64,000 bases of DNA from Bdellovibrionales bacterium (GCA_031426555.1 JANPLN010000057.1:1-64000), one strand, 5' to 3'. Positions 40,092 to 49,780 are shown, numbered from the stretch's first letter. Translations and numbers: made by a program. Notes: a model not told the origin generated them from the sequence alone.

Positions 40092-42773
40092 ATGAAGCGG
40101 AGAATCGTTTTTTTTTATCTCCTGATATTTTCATACATTGCCCCAATTCAATCCTCAAACGCTCAAATGACGTTTTTTTCATCCTGGCAAGCGCGGGATC
40201 TCCGCCTCACTTTTACAACAACCGCACAAACGGTTTTTAACAAAAACTGCTCGGCCAGTGTGAGTGTGCGCACGGGAATTGGAACAAGCTTTCCGATAAA
40301 CGTTGAAGCTCCTCTCTTTGTCAATTTGAGTAGTAGTAGTGGCACGATGGAATTTTTCTCCGACGAGTCCTGTACGACCTCGGTGGCAGCAGTTACTATT
40401 TCTACAGGGAGTAACACGTCTTCATTTTATTTTCGAGACTCCGCCGTTACGGGTGCGACAACTTTAACTGCGAGCGCGGCCGGCTACCTCGATGCGACTC
40501 AGGCAGCGACGCTGACCTCTAATCCTTTCTTGTGGACTGGTGCAACAAGCTCCGTCTGGTCCCTCGGTGCAAATTGGTCTGGCCTCACCGCACCCTCATC
40601 GGGCAACATTGCCGTGTTTGACGGCGGTTGCGTTAACTGCAATACCACATTTACAGCCCATGTGAATGTGCGAGGTTTAAGATTAGATTCGGGTTACTCG
40701 GGAACGATTCAACAGGATACGACCTATAATTTTACTATCGGCGCTTCGGGGTATGTTCAGGTTGCCGGCACTTTTGCTGGTTCAACCGCCGCCAGCCGTA
40801 CATTCAGCGTGTTCGATGGTAGGTCCACCATCGCTGGCGGTAGCTTTACGACTCCCGCCGGAACACTCACCGTCACAAATGGGTGGCGAATATTAGGTAG
40901 CCCCACCTTCTTAGCACGAGCTGGTTCCACTTTAAATCTAGAGTGTATGTCCACAGGCTATGACTGTAACGGAGGGGGGGTAGACTACGTTTCCGGCACT
41001 GTCGTTTATGAAAATGTGGCGATCAAAGGGCTTAGTTTTATAAACCTCAAATCGAGTGTGTGGACCGTTGACGGCGATCTCACTATAGGGGACCCGAACG
41101 GAAGCAACCGGCCTGTTTACAACGGAAGGTTCAATGTGAAGGGCGATGTCATCGCCTCGGGTCAGGGTAACCGCGGTGATGCGATTATTAATTTGGTTGG
41201 GTCCCCGGCGGGCCAAACGATCATCGGTGGCAACATCGGTTTGCCGTTTATAGAGATCAATGCTGGCATCCATCCAGTCACTTTATCCGGAATCGTAAAA
41301 GCGAGTTCCTACGCCTTTTATAGTGCCGGCGTTTTCACCACGGCAGGGTCTACCTTAGTCATTGGGTGTTTAGAGAGTAATTCCTCCAATTGCACCGAGG
41401 TCAAAAATATCGTTCCCGGGACCGTCACATATAATAACGTCACCTTTCAAACCTATCGCGATTTCTTTGAACTCGGTGGAGGCATTTTCAATATCGATGG
41501 CAATTTGTTGATTTCGACCACTGGCGGTGCAAATTATGGACGGATCAACACTGGGACATTAAAGGTTAAGGGGAATGTTAGTAATGCGGGGACGGGCGGG
41601 GATGGCAGTGCCGTGATCGAGTTGATTGGCAATCCTCTCGGTCAAACCCTTAGTGGAATCGTTGGAGCCATTTACCCGTACATCGAAATCGCGACAGGGG
41701 GGAATGATGTCACACTCTCTGGATTCATTCGGGTTCAAGGATGGACGGTCACTTCGATCGATGAACTCACAGCGACCGGTTCGACACTCAACATCACATG
41801 CCTCAGCACCAATGTCTCCTGCTATTCAAGTGCCGTGCCTCTTGTGCCTGGAACGGTTAACTACAATAACGTAACAATCTCAGGGCTGCGAACAGGCTAC
41901 AACCTGGGTGGCGGCACCTTCAATGTAACAGGCGATTTTACATTTGGCGGGCAGGATTCCCAAGCGGCGAGTAACTATCTTGCCAACGGAACAATCAATG
42001 TGACTGGTCAGCAAATTATTCAAAATAACTTTGGCATGCGTGGCTCCGCGGTCATTAAGGTCGCAGGTCATGCATCCGGGCAGACCATTACAGGAAACAG
42101 CCAGATGTTTCCCATCATCGAGATCGATGCCGGGTTAAATAACGTGACTTTATCTGGCGGTATTTACGCTATCGGCTGGCGCATGACGACTGTTGGCACG
42201 TTCACGACTACAGGCTCCACATTACAATTTCGCTGTCCTACAAGTGTTGCTGGAGAGTGTTTTCAGACAACCGTCAACCTGATTCCCGGCACTGTCACCT
42301 ACAACAATGTCGATTTTGTAGGGTCTCGAACTAATTATGATTTGGGCGGAACCTGGAACGTGAGTGGCAATTTATCATTTGGCGACGCAAGTCAAAACAC
42401 CCGCACATTAAGTAACGGGATCTTGCGCGCAACGGGAGATGTGACGATCTCGAACAATGGTCATATTGGTAACGCGCAACTGCAGTTTGTGGGCGGTGGT
42501 AGCGTGAATGTGTCGATTGCAGGCGGTGCGGTGCGACCCACAGGATTAATAACCGTCGCCAAAACGGGTGGTGGATCGGTAACCCAAACAAGCAGCGTTT
42601 CCTGGAGCTCCACCGGTCAAGACATGACCATCACCTCCGGAAGTTGGATCCAGAATACCTTTTCGTTAACGGTAAATGATGTATTGACCATTGGTGCAGG
42701 GACTACATTAAATCGAAGTGGCGCTACACTAATTTACGGCTCTCTTTCAAACAGCGGAACATTGATCCCGTGA
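40092..42773 (+). CDS. Secreted Ig-like + repetitive beta-helix protein; putative fibre tip partner
   Basis: Starts 1 nt after the fibre 4 stop. Signal ...SNA, WTG....WS...NW motif, four GSTL...C..C...GTV.Y.NV repeats. Confidence 0.7.
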   Translation: MKRRIVFFYLLIFSYIAPIQSSNAQMTFFSSWQARDLRLTFTTTAQTVFNKNCSASVSVRTGIGTSFPINVEAPLFVNLSSSSGTMEFFSDESCTTSVAAVTISTGSNTSSFYFRDSAVTGATTLTASAAGYLDATQAATLTSNPFLWTGATSSVWSLGANWSGLTAPSSGNIAVFDGGCVNCNTTFTAHVNVRGLRLDSGYSGTIQQDTTYNFTIGASGYVQVAGTFAGSTAASRTFSVFDGRSTIAGGSFTTPAGTLTVTNGWRILGSPTFLARAGSTLNLECMSTGYDCNGGGVDYVSGTVVYENVAIKGLSFINLKSSVWTVDGDLTIGDPNGSNRPVYNGRFNVKGDVIASGQGNRGDAIINLVGSPAGQTIIGGNIGLPFIEINAGIHPVTLSGIVKASSYAFYSAGVFTTAGSTLVIGCLESNSSNCTEVKNIVPGTVTYNNVTFQTYRDFFELGGGIFNIDGNLLISTTGGANYGRINTGTLKVKGNVSNAGTGGDGSAVIELIGNPLGQTLSGIVGAIYPYIEIATGGNDVTLSGFIRVQGWTVTSIDELTATGSTLNITCLSTNVSCYSSAVPLVPGTVNYNNVTISGLRTGYNLGGGTFNVTGDFTFGGQDSQAASNYLANGTINVTGQQIIQNNFGMRGSAVIKVAGHASGQTITGNSQMFPIIEIDAGLNNVTLSGGIYAIGWRMTTVGTFTTTGSTLQFRCPTSVAGECFQTTVNLIPGTVTYNNVDFVGSRTNYDLGGTWNVSGNLSFGDASQNTRTLSNGILRATGDVTISNNGHIGNAQLQFVGGGSVNVSIAGGAVRPTGLITVAKTGGGSVTQTSSVSWSSTGQDMTITSGSWIQNTFSLTVNDVLTIGAGTTLNRSGATLIYGSLSNSGTLIP

Positions 42774-42986
42774 TCAGTCGAGCTAGGCTCAATTTCTTGC
42801 TTGGCGTTAAGGGTTTCGCACCAATATGGCTGCAAAAATCTGGTCAAAAAAATTTGAATCGACCTAATTTGATACAACAATAGTCGGTTTTTGCGAGTCG
42901 TCTCGGCCTGAGACGACAAAAGTCGAGTCCTCTCGCCCTACCAAGATTTAGTTAATGAACTTGGGTATTCACGCCGAAAAAGACTA

Positions 42987-44096
42987 GTGGTGCGTATAAG
43001 TTCAATTATTTTCACAGCCGTTTTTTCAGTTATTTTCGTCGTGTCGGCGTTCGCCGTAGAAGACGTGCCGCAAAGTTTTACTTTGGACGGTCGCCTTTAC
43101 AATTCCGCAACGCCCACTAGTCCGCTTTTAGATTCTGGAACTTTTCGCATTCAGATTTTAAATCCTGATCAAACCTGTATTTTGTATGAAGAGTCGCAAA
43201 CGTTTAATACCATTACCTCCGATGGGTATTTTAATTTACGCATTGGTGGAATTACCGGAGCAGTGAAGCGCGACACCGCTGACAGAAATAATTCTTTGGC
43301 TACAGTTTTCTCGAACACTTCGGCTGTCGCGATCCCGGGCAAGCTAGCTTCGGATCTGGTCACAAATTGCTCGTACACCGGCGCCTCTGGTCACGTTCGT
43401 CGCGTGCGAGTGATTGTGACGGGGAGTGATCTCGTAGCGCGGGCCCTGTCGCCCGACATGATTTTAGATTCCGTACCGAATGCCGTGGATGCTGAAACTG
43501 CAGAGAGTTTACAAGGTTTAACGCGCAACCAAGTTCTCGTACTTGGAGCAGGTTCTCTTTCGCAAGCAAACGTGGAGAATATTTTCTCTGCAATCAACTA
43601 TCCAATTCTTACGGGCCTTTTGGGCGGCACGAGTCCAAACCACGTACAGACGGATGCCAACGGTGCAAGTCTCCCTGACTTTGCATGGAATCCTGTAGCT
43701 CCCGTCGCTGGTCAAATTTGGTACGACACGGCTACGAACACGATCAAATACAAAGACAACACCGTCGTGATTAAGACCGTCGGAGTAAGCGGAGGTGCTG
43801 TAACATCGATCACCGCAGGTGCGGGCCTTACCGGTGGCACGATAACTTCGACGGGCACTATCGCTCTTGATACGGTTGGCACTGCTGGAACTTTTACAAA
43901 AGTCACAACCGATGCCTACGGTAGATTATCGAGCGGGACATCACTCGTTGAAGCCGATATTCCAATTTTGTCGACAGCCGGTAAAGTTTCAGGCAGTGCG
44001 ATCAACACCGGCACGATCGCTGGGAACACGGTGATCAGCACCACGGGCGCCATCGGTACTTCGAGCTCCGTAAGCGCTCGCACTTTCGATGCTTAA
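42987..44096 (+). pseudogene. Truncated fibre adhesin (N-domain and start of shaft only)
   Basis: Has TLDGRLY, CILYEESQ, SVPNAV.AE and KVTTDAYGR but ends abruptly at 369 aa with no cap, followed by AT-rich non-fibre sequence. Confidence 0.65.
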
Positions 44097-44628
44097 AAAG
44101 TATAGAATTGCTACTGAGTGTAGGTTCCGATTCTAATAGATTTACATCTGACAGTCGAAGGTCTCTCTAACGAAACTAACAACAAGTCTTTGATGAGTTT
44201 CGAAAAAAGATTGCAGGAACTTGCCGAAGTTCATACTATATTTTCGAAAATTAAAAATTAGGTAGGTAGTCGGTGAAGGGTAGGCGTTTAGAAATTTGAT
44301 GACTCTCTGTCATTGCTTAGACCCGCTAGAACCAATCGAGCCGAAGAGATATGTTTAGTATTAAACTGATTGTAGACGATTTCAGTTTACTCCTGCTGCG
44401 CCTGCTTTGCAAAATTATCAGATAAAATGCAAGTATTTCGAATGCTTAGGGTGATGTAAGAATTTGAATAGTGAGCCTAATAAAATATCGTCGAAATGTC
44501 TATTGAGGATACATATTTTAGACCCCCTCTTTCTTTTTTTTAAAATATAGCTTATAACCAGTTTTCTACCGCAACTTCAAAGCGCAAAAAAAAAGAAAAT
44601 GTTTAACAAATTTAACTCAGGAGAAAGT

Positions 44629-44961
44629 ATGAAGATTCTGATTTTAACGGCAATTACAGTTTTAAGCTCAATGGCCTTTGCAACCGATTTATGTTTTGAT
44701 AACGTTTCGGACCAAGTGAAGTTCGAAATTGGGAAAATGAGCGGAGCAAAGGATGTCGAGCTTAAAGATGTTGAATTAGTTTTTAAGGCTGGAAATGTGG
44801 CTATTTATAAAGTTTCGACAAATCTTATGAGTATTACCGATGCCGCCTTTACGGGTGACTGGTTAGTGAGTGTACAGCTTCCATCAAAGACCGAAATGAG
44901 TGTTATGGAATGCACCCTTACGGCCATCGAAGTTGAGCAGGTTTCTAACCTTACAAAATAA
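44629..44961 (+). CDS. Small secreted hypothetical protein
   Basis: AGGAG RBS, signal MKILILTAITVLSSMAFA, one Cys pair. Confidence 0.7.
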   Translation: MKILILTAITVLSSMAFATDLCFDNVSDQVKFEIGKMSGAKDVELKDVELVFKAGNVAIYKVSTNLMSITDAAFTGDWLVSVQLPSKTEMSVMECTLTAIEVEQVSNLTK

Positions 44962-45112
44962 ACTCTTGATCGCAGACAGGAGTCGCGATTCGTCAGGCTT
45001 TTTTACGTCTCAGTTTACGTTCTAAACTGAGACACTCGAGACGAAAGGGGTTTTTGGATTTAATCTAGATCCCTTGTGTGATATCCTTGAATCGGTTCTC
45101 GGGGGTGAGTGT

Positions 45113-46429
45113 ATGTTCAGAATTTTTGTTCTGTTTATTTGTATAAGTTTATTAGTTGTAGGATTTCAAAATTGTGGAAATGACTTTAAATCCTCAGTTC
45201 TAAGCAATAACCAATCACCAAGCGATTCCCCCGATTGTCTCGAAATCCAGTGTTCTGCTGGACAGGAAGTTGCATGTGATGTGGCAAACGGTTCCGGGGT
45301 AAAAGTGTGGACTGGTTCCGACTACGGCATGTGTGCCGTTAAGAGCTGCCTTTCTGGTTACCAAATATTACAAACCTACTGTGTTCCTGTTCCGCCTGCG
45401 CAACCCTTCGTACCAAAACCAGAAAGCTTGAGAGCCTCCGCTCAAAAGTATAATCTTTTTATGGGAACGGCGATCCATCCCCATTTGTTAACTTTAGAGC
45501 CAATGTACGCACAAACCGTTGCCGAGAATTACAATCTTATCGTGGCGACAAACGTGATGAAGTGGCAGCCGCTTCGCCCTGCCGAGAATACTTATGATTT
45601 CAAAATAGCCGATGAGTTGGTTGAGTTTGCAATACGCTATCATCAAAAAGTGCACGGCCATACGTTGGTGTGGCATAATCAAAACCCACCGTGGCTCGTC
45701 AACGGCAGCTTTTCTGCCACCGAAAAACAAATGCTTTTAAAAAATCACATTCAAACGGTGATGAAACATTTTAAAGAAAAGTATCCTGAAACAATAATAT
45801 CGTGGGACGTTGTGAATGAAGCATTTCTCAATAGCAACGCCGAAGTTTCAGCAAGTTCGGACGGTGGATACCGTAAAACAATTTGGTCTGATATATACGC
45901 CTCGCCCGAGGAGTACATTCGACAATCGTTTTTATGGGCTCGCGAGGCAGACCCTGCGGCACTTTTATATTACAATGATTTCAGCAACGAAGACTTGGGT
46001 GCGAAATCCACGGCAATTTATTTGATGGTGCAAAAACTAAAGTCGCAGGGAACACCCATCGACGTGGTAGGCATGCAAGTGCATTTGAGCACAGATTACG
46101 GAGTTCCTACAGTGGCCACCCTTCGGCAAAACATAGCACGATTAAAAGCCATCGGTGTGAAGGTGCACTTTACAGAACTTGATGCGCGAACCAACAGCGC
46201 TGACGGGATTAGCGCCATAGAATCGCAAAAGCAGACTCAAATTTACGCCAATATTGTCGATGCCTGCCGGTTGGAGGCGGGCACATGTCTCGGTGTGACA
46301 ACCTGGGGATTCACCGAAAAACACTCTTGGATTCCACAATTTTTCCCTGGCTATTCGGCATCACTACCGTTTGATCTGAACTACAAGCCCACTGCCAACT
46401 TCGAGACTATTAAAAGTCGGCTGCCATAA
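45113..46429 (+). CDS. GH10 endo-1,4-beta-xylanase-like lipoprotein
   Basis: GFQNC lipobox and Cys-rich linker; NVMKW, HGHTLVWH.Q, WDVVNEA, YYND, GMQVH and FTELD motifs. Confidence 0.9.
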   Translation: MFRIFVLFICISLLVVGFQNCGNDFKSSVLSNNQSPSDSPDCLEIQCSAGQEVACDVANGSGVKVWTGSDYGMCAVKSCLSGYQILQTYCVPVPPAQPFVPKPESLRASAQKYNLFMGTAIHPHLLTLEPMYAQTVAENYNLIVATNVMKWQPLRPAENTYDFKIADELVEFAIRYHQKVHGHTLVWHNQNPPWLVNGSFSATEKQMLLKNHIQTVMKHFKEKYPETIISWDVVNEAFLNSNAEVSASSDGGYRKTIWSDIYASPEEYIRQSFLWAREADPAALLYYNDFSNEDLGAKSTAIYLMVQKLKSQGTPIDVVGMQVHLSTDYGVPTVATLRQNIARLKAIGVKVHFTELDARTNSADGISAIESQKQTQIYANIVDACRLEAGTCLGVTTWGFTEKHSWIPQFFPGYSASLPFDLNYKPTANFETIKSRLP

Positions 46430-46767
46430 TATCGCCGTAGAATTATTCTTTCCTGGCTCAAGCGGATCCGCTAAGTTTCTAAAGTACGCTTCTAGGTTCA
46501 TTGATGCACGGCTGGTCAGAATTGCGACCGCCAAACTACTCATTCTTTGGCTTCAATAGTGCAAATGCCGGGAGCTGGTTGTCTGAAAGCGCGGGTATTG
46601 GCTTGCGTGCGGATGCAATCATTGGACTCCAGCTTTGCGCCCGCAGTCCGAAGTAACAAAAAAAGGAGATCCTCTAATTCGGAAATCGGTAAGTCCTGTT
46701 AGCTAGGTGAACCTTTTATTCACCCTAAGAACTCCAATTTCTCTATCGGAAAAAAAAATTCTAAAAT

Positions 46768-46796
46768 GCGAAGGGCAGAAATGATTCTGCCTTCGC
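46768..46796 (-). terminator. Probable intrinsic terminator
   Basis: GCGAAGG(G)CAGAA-atga-TTCTGCCTTCGC hairpin just downstream of the minus-strand stop at 46805. Confidence 0.5.
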
Positions 46797-46804
46797 GGTT
46801 TGTC

Positions 46805-47200
46805 TTAGTTGAGAGCCAATCTTAAGTTGTGCGGATTGACTTTGCAGTTGCCCTGCATCGATTGACCTTTAACTTCGATCTGTCCGACGACAGAGCCATG
46901 GCTCGCTAACACATCGATCGCATTGATCGTAATCTTAAAATCGCGATTTGCAGATTCAGCCACGATTGAGGCACCTTGAACTACTAACTGAGAAGATTCA
47001 TTCAAACTCGTAATCACTTTGATTGGCTCAAAGGAAACATCAAAATCGTTGACGTGATTAGAGAAACCCATTTTTAGTCCGCTATCTGTAAGGATCAAGG
47101 CCGCAGTGCCTTCGCCTTCCTTAAGGGGTCCAAGTTCAAAGCAGCTGAGGACTGTTGTATCAATAACACCTACTCCTGATCCGCCTCCAGCGTGCGCTCC
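46805..47200 (-). pseudogene. Secreted protein remnant lacking its start codon and signal h-region
   Basis: The frame extends upstream to GAHAGGGSGVGVID; the RBS-like AAAGGAG abuts AHA directly with no ATG in between. Confidence 0.5.
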
Positions 47201-47489
47201 TTTTGTTTTTACAAACTGATCATCAGCTTGCTTGAGTTAGTATTATTAATAAGAAAGTGTTTTATCAACGTGCCAATTATCGCGTTTTTGATCTGATTTG
47301 ATTTGATTCGAAAAAACATCTGTTCTTAACCTAGTGCCGAAGAGTCTAAGTTCTGAGCACTGATTATATTAACCCCTAAAAACTGTTTTAAAATGAGAAT
47401 TTAAAAGGCTCAAATCAAAAACAATCCCTAATAACAAAAACCTTCTGGATCAAGATCAAAGTTATTAATTACAAAACCGATGGACAAAT

Positions 47490-48353
47490 ATGAGTGTAAA
47501 GACGAAAGTTATTATTCTTAGCATGGCAACAGCGAGTTTAATTTTTTATCAAAATTGCTCGCAAAATTTTGAATCATCCACAGTAAAGTCCGCACAAGCA
47601 TACTGCTTACTCGGGTTTAGGTCGCGATGCAGAAGATGGCTGGTTTTTTACAAGCTTTTGAGCGGAGGTCTTGTTTCTAGTGACCAAGGCATGACGTGGC
47701 AAAAACTTTCTCCATCACCGAGTGCAGGTTTTCATCATCCAATGGTAGAGCGCCTTTCCGAAAATCGTTTGGCTATGATAGGTCTAAGTACAGGAACAAA
47801 TATTTTGGGAATCAGTCTTGACGGCGGGTTGAGTTGGAGTACGCCACCCACACTCCAAGTGCCTTGGCTCAAAGCTATCAAAGAGGGTAACGGAAGAATG
47901 GTGGCTCTAGGATATCTTGCACCTACCAGTGGAACACCGGTATCGTACTCTGCAGTTTCTTTGGATCAAGGAAAAACATGGACAATTCAACAGCATAGCG
48001 AGTTTAGTGCAAACTGGGCTAACCTATTATTCACTGGAACCCAGTTCATCGCTTGGAGTTCGGGTAAGCGTTGGCACAGTAACGATGGAGTGACCTGGGC
48101 AAGCTCTAACGTAATGATCGGAACCACTCCCTCCGCATTTGGAGGACCCACTGCATACAATCCAACCACAAAAACATTTGCGCGCATTCTTGGTGGCTGG
48201 GGAAATAATTACGCCAGGCAAAAAGCTTATCGCTCTCTAGATGGTATTATTTGGCATGAACTATCAAGCACTGCCTTTAAGGGGGGACACCCCATACGAA
48301 AAATGATAAATGCACAAATGGATACAGCTTACTGCCCAGTAACCGGTTTATAA
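47490..48353 (+). pseudogene. Internally deleted paralogue of the BNR lipoprotein at 13372..14601
   Basis: N- and C-parts are colinear with the paralogue, about 120 aa are missing, and a residual segment is homologous only in a shifted frame. Confidence 0.7.
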
Positions 48354-48396
48354 AGAATGTTAGCCAATCAAGATGCGAGTTGGGAAGGTCAGACTA

Positions 48397-49260
48397 CTAT
48401 TTGCTAAAAAGTCCGAGACATAAAAAAGCTCTTGGTTTCGCAGAGGGTGCCAAGCCAACCATAACTCGCAAGTCGCGTAATCTTTCAAGGAGAGCGTTAA
48501 TGCGTTCTTCATCAAATTTGAGCCCATTGAGCGCTAGTCGAACCTGAGTGTCGCTTACAGTATCTATTTTTTTTATTTCGGTTGCTGACAACGCGGGTCT
48601 ATCAAATTCAAAAGTTTTGTGAGTATAATTTTTAGCAGTCCAAAAGCCAAAACTGTATCCATGATCAATAAGAATCAATCGCCCCTGCGCCAACCCAAAA
48701 TTTCCGCTATGTCGATCCGCTTCACTGATAAGAGTATCAAAAAACACAAGACTTGAAATTTGCGATGGCGAAAGTTCTGGCCTTGGCTTCAATCCATCAA
48801 TATACAACTGTATTGAGTGACTTTGGCCATCAAGCATGCGTAAAGCCGTAATTGGTACTCGATTGAAACCGAAAAGTCTATCTAACCTATAAGCCGCGAC
48901 TTCTGCCTCTGCTGCAAATAGAGACTGCCCATCTCTTGCAAACATCTGCTTTTTAAGAATACCAGTGATTCCATTTTTAAAAAATACCTTTCGAGCCTCT
49001 TGATTTGATTTGCCGTCGAGCGATCCCGTTGTATCAAAAGTAAAATCGCCGGTCTGTAACTCAACAATTACTTTTTTTTCAAGTTTTTCTGCATTAGCAA
49101 CATCTCCAGATTCTAAGAGGTTCCATATTTCGAGTTGCAGTTTTTGTTTTACTTCCAAACTATTACCAACCGATAGGCTCGGAGCGAGAAACAAAAAAAA
49201 TAGTAAAATAATTCTGAAATTAAAGCTTACAAACAAGAAAGTAGAAACTAGTTTAAGCAT
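48397..49260 (-). CDS. Secreted atypical kinase-like protein (PI3/4-kinase/HipA-like fold)
   Basis: EVAAYRLDRLFG..RVP.T, DRHSGN and LIDHG motifs; hydrophobic N-terminus. Confidence 0.7.
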   Translation of the reverse strand: MLKLVSTFLFVSFNFRIILLFFLFLAPSLSVGNSLEVKQKLQLEIWNLLESGDVANAEKLEKKVIVELQTGDFTFDTTGSLDGKSNQEARKVFFKNGITGILKKQMFARDGQSLFAAEAEVAAYRLDRLFGFNRVPITALRMLDGQSHSIQLYIDGLKPRPELSPSQISSLVFFDTLISEADRHSGNFGLAQGRLILIDHGYSFGFWTAKNYTHKTFEFDRPALSATEIKKIDTVSDTQVRLALNGLKFDEERINALLERLRDLRVMVGLAPSAKPRAFLCLGLFSK

Positions 49261-49428
49261 TTCGTCCCCCGATAACTTAATTCTAAAATTATCATAAGAG
49301 CTAAAACACTAATAGGAAAAAGCCAAAAATACACGCACTGGTCTCAAACTCGAATAGCAACCTGCCTCAAAATGAAACAGATCAATATATATGTAGCATG
49401 CGTCTACAACAACGTTTGCTGAAAACTC

Positions 49429-49770
49429 TCAACCCGGCGGCCACGAAAGTAAGCGGCCACCTAAAATATGAATATGCAAATGATAAACGGTCTGCCCGCC
49501 ATTTGCATTCGTGTTTATCACAAGCCGATATCCATCCGAAGCCAAGCCCAGCTGTGCCGCGATCTCGCTGGCTTTCATCATCAAGTGGCCCATAATCCCT
49601 TTGTCGTGCAGAAGATGCAGCCTAGCCATGGACTCGATGGGCTTTTTAGGAATCAACAGCACATGCACAGGCGCCTGGGGATTTACATCTTTAAAGGCCA
49701 GGCAAACCTCGTCTTCGTAAACAATATCGGCTGGAATTTCGCGGTTGATGATTTTTGTAAATATGCTCAT
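49429..49770 (-). CDS. hinT: Histidine triad nucleotide-binding protein
   Basis: SIFTKII..EIPA, PQAPVHVL and GQTVYHLHIHILGGR motifs. Confidence 0.92.
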   Translation of the reverse strand: MSIFTKIINREIPADIVYEDEVCLAFKDVNPQAPVHVLLIPKKPIESMARLHLLHDKGIMGHLMMKASEIAAQLGLASDGYRLVINTNANGGQTVYHLHIHILGGRLLSWPPG

Positions 49771-49780
49771 ACTCTTAGGT

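Noticed and set aside
305..43906. Many antisense and alternate-frame ORFs inside fibre, RCC1 and beta-helix genes
   Set aside because: These are shadows of repetitive Ala/Gly/Thr-rich coding sequence that recur with the repeats and carry no recognisable motifs.
1..44096. Prophage or tailocin
   Set aside because: The fibres with visible N-termini have Sec signals and host-type promoters; there are no capsid, baseplate, sheath, lysis or integrase genes.
44586..44594. Poly-A tract as a phase-variation switch
   Set aside because: A 9-nt A run in an AT-rich spacer is unremarkable, and it lies outside the probable CDS.
46480..46680. Possible minus-strand gene remnant
   Set aside because: It is a short frame with several stops and no recognisable homology, so it cannot be supported.
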